From: the human T2T-CHM13v2.0 reference genome, Homo sapiens
Assembly: GCF_009914755.1 (NCBI RefSeq)
Contig: NC_060946.1
Strand: one strand, 5' to 3'
DNA: 64,000 nt
This document shows positions 63,857 through 64,000 of the stretch, piece after piece. The position numbers and the translations under genes are program-made. The first letter of the stretch is position 1. The number at the start of each line of letters is the position of its first letter. The notes beneath the pieces were generated by a model. The model made no database searches and was not told where the DNA came from. It saw only the letters and a program-made list of their open reading frames with translations.

Positions 63857-64000
63857 CTGTGGCTACTTGGTGGCCCAAGCCTCTGCTTCCACTGTGGATC
63901 ATCACACACACCTGTCCCTTATGGTCGATGCCCATTTTTTTAGCAGCATACTCATTGAAAATCTCATCCACAACCTGGATTTCTGCATAATGGTTGCCTG
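63857..64000 (-). CDS. RTCB: RTCB coding exon (partial; GNHYAE with H227 and HSGSRG with H259), continues beyond the window
   Basis: [48 protein letters not shown]|gtatat. Confidence 0.97.

Overview
Human (or near-identical hominid) genomic DNA from 22q12.3. The identification rests on the complete two-exon RFPL3 CDS (24003-26763, +) and the last six coding exons of the tRNA-splicing ligase RTCB (53908 to beyond 64000, -). The rest is a repeat-dense mosaic: about 27 Alus, L1PA/L1M pieces, ERV1, MaLR and LTR3-like LTRs, MER DNA transposons, a ~44-bp C-rich minisatellite, and a REP522-type ~220-bp palindrome holding six CCAAT boxes and three octamers. Also present are the RFPL3S antisense unit and an Ig-lambda C orphon and V orphon. 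Reading by eye shows three relics that the ORF track does not name: a second IGLV5-like V fragment (~45239-45437), a decayed POM121-like FG-region segment (~44400-45150, -), and an unprocessed, multi-exon RALGDS/RGL-type RasGEF relic (~50330-52650, +) whose REM-domain exon is still open with intact splice sites. Together these look like a fossil piece of an Ig-lambda-locus neighbourhood that ends about 1 kb from the RTCB 3' end, where I infer an old synteny breakpoint. I found no prokaryotic-type systems, CRISPR arrays, tRNA or rRNA genes. All homologies are from memory of the families, not from database searches.
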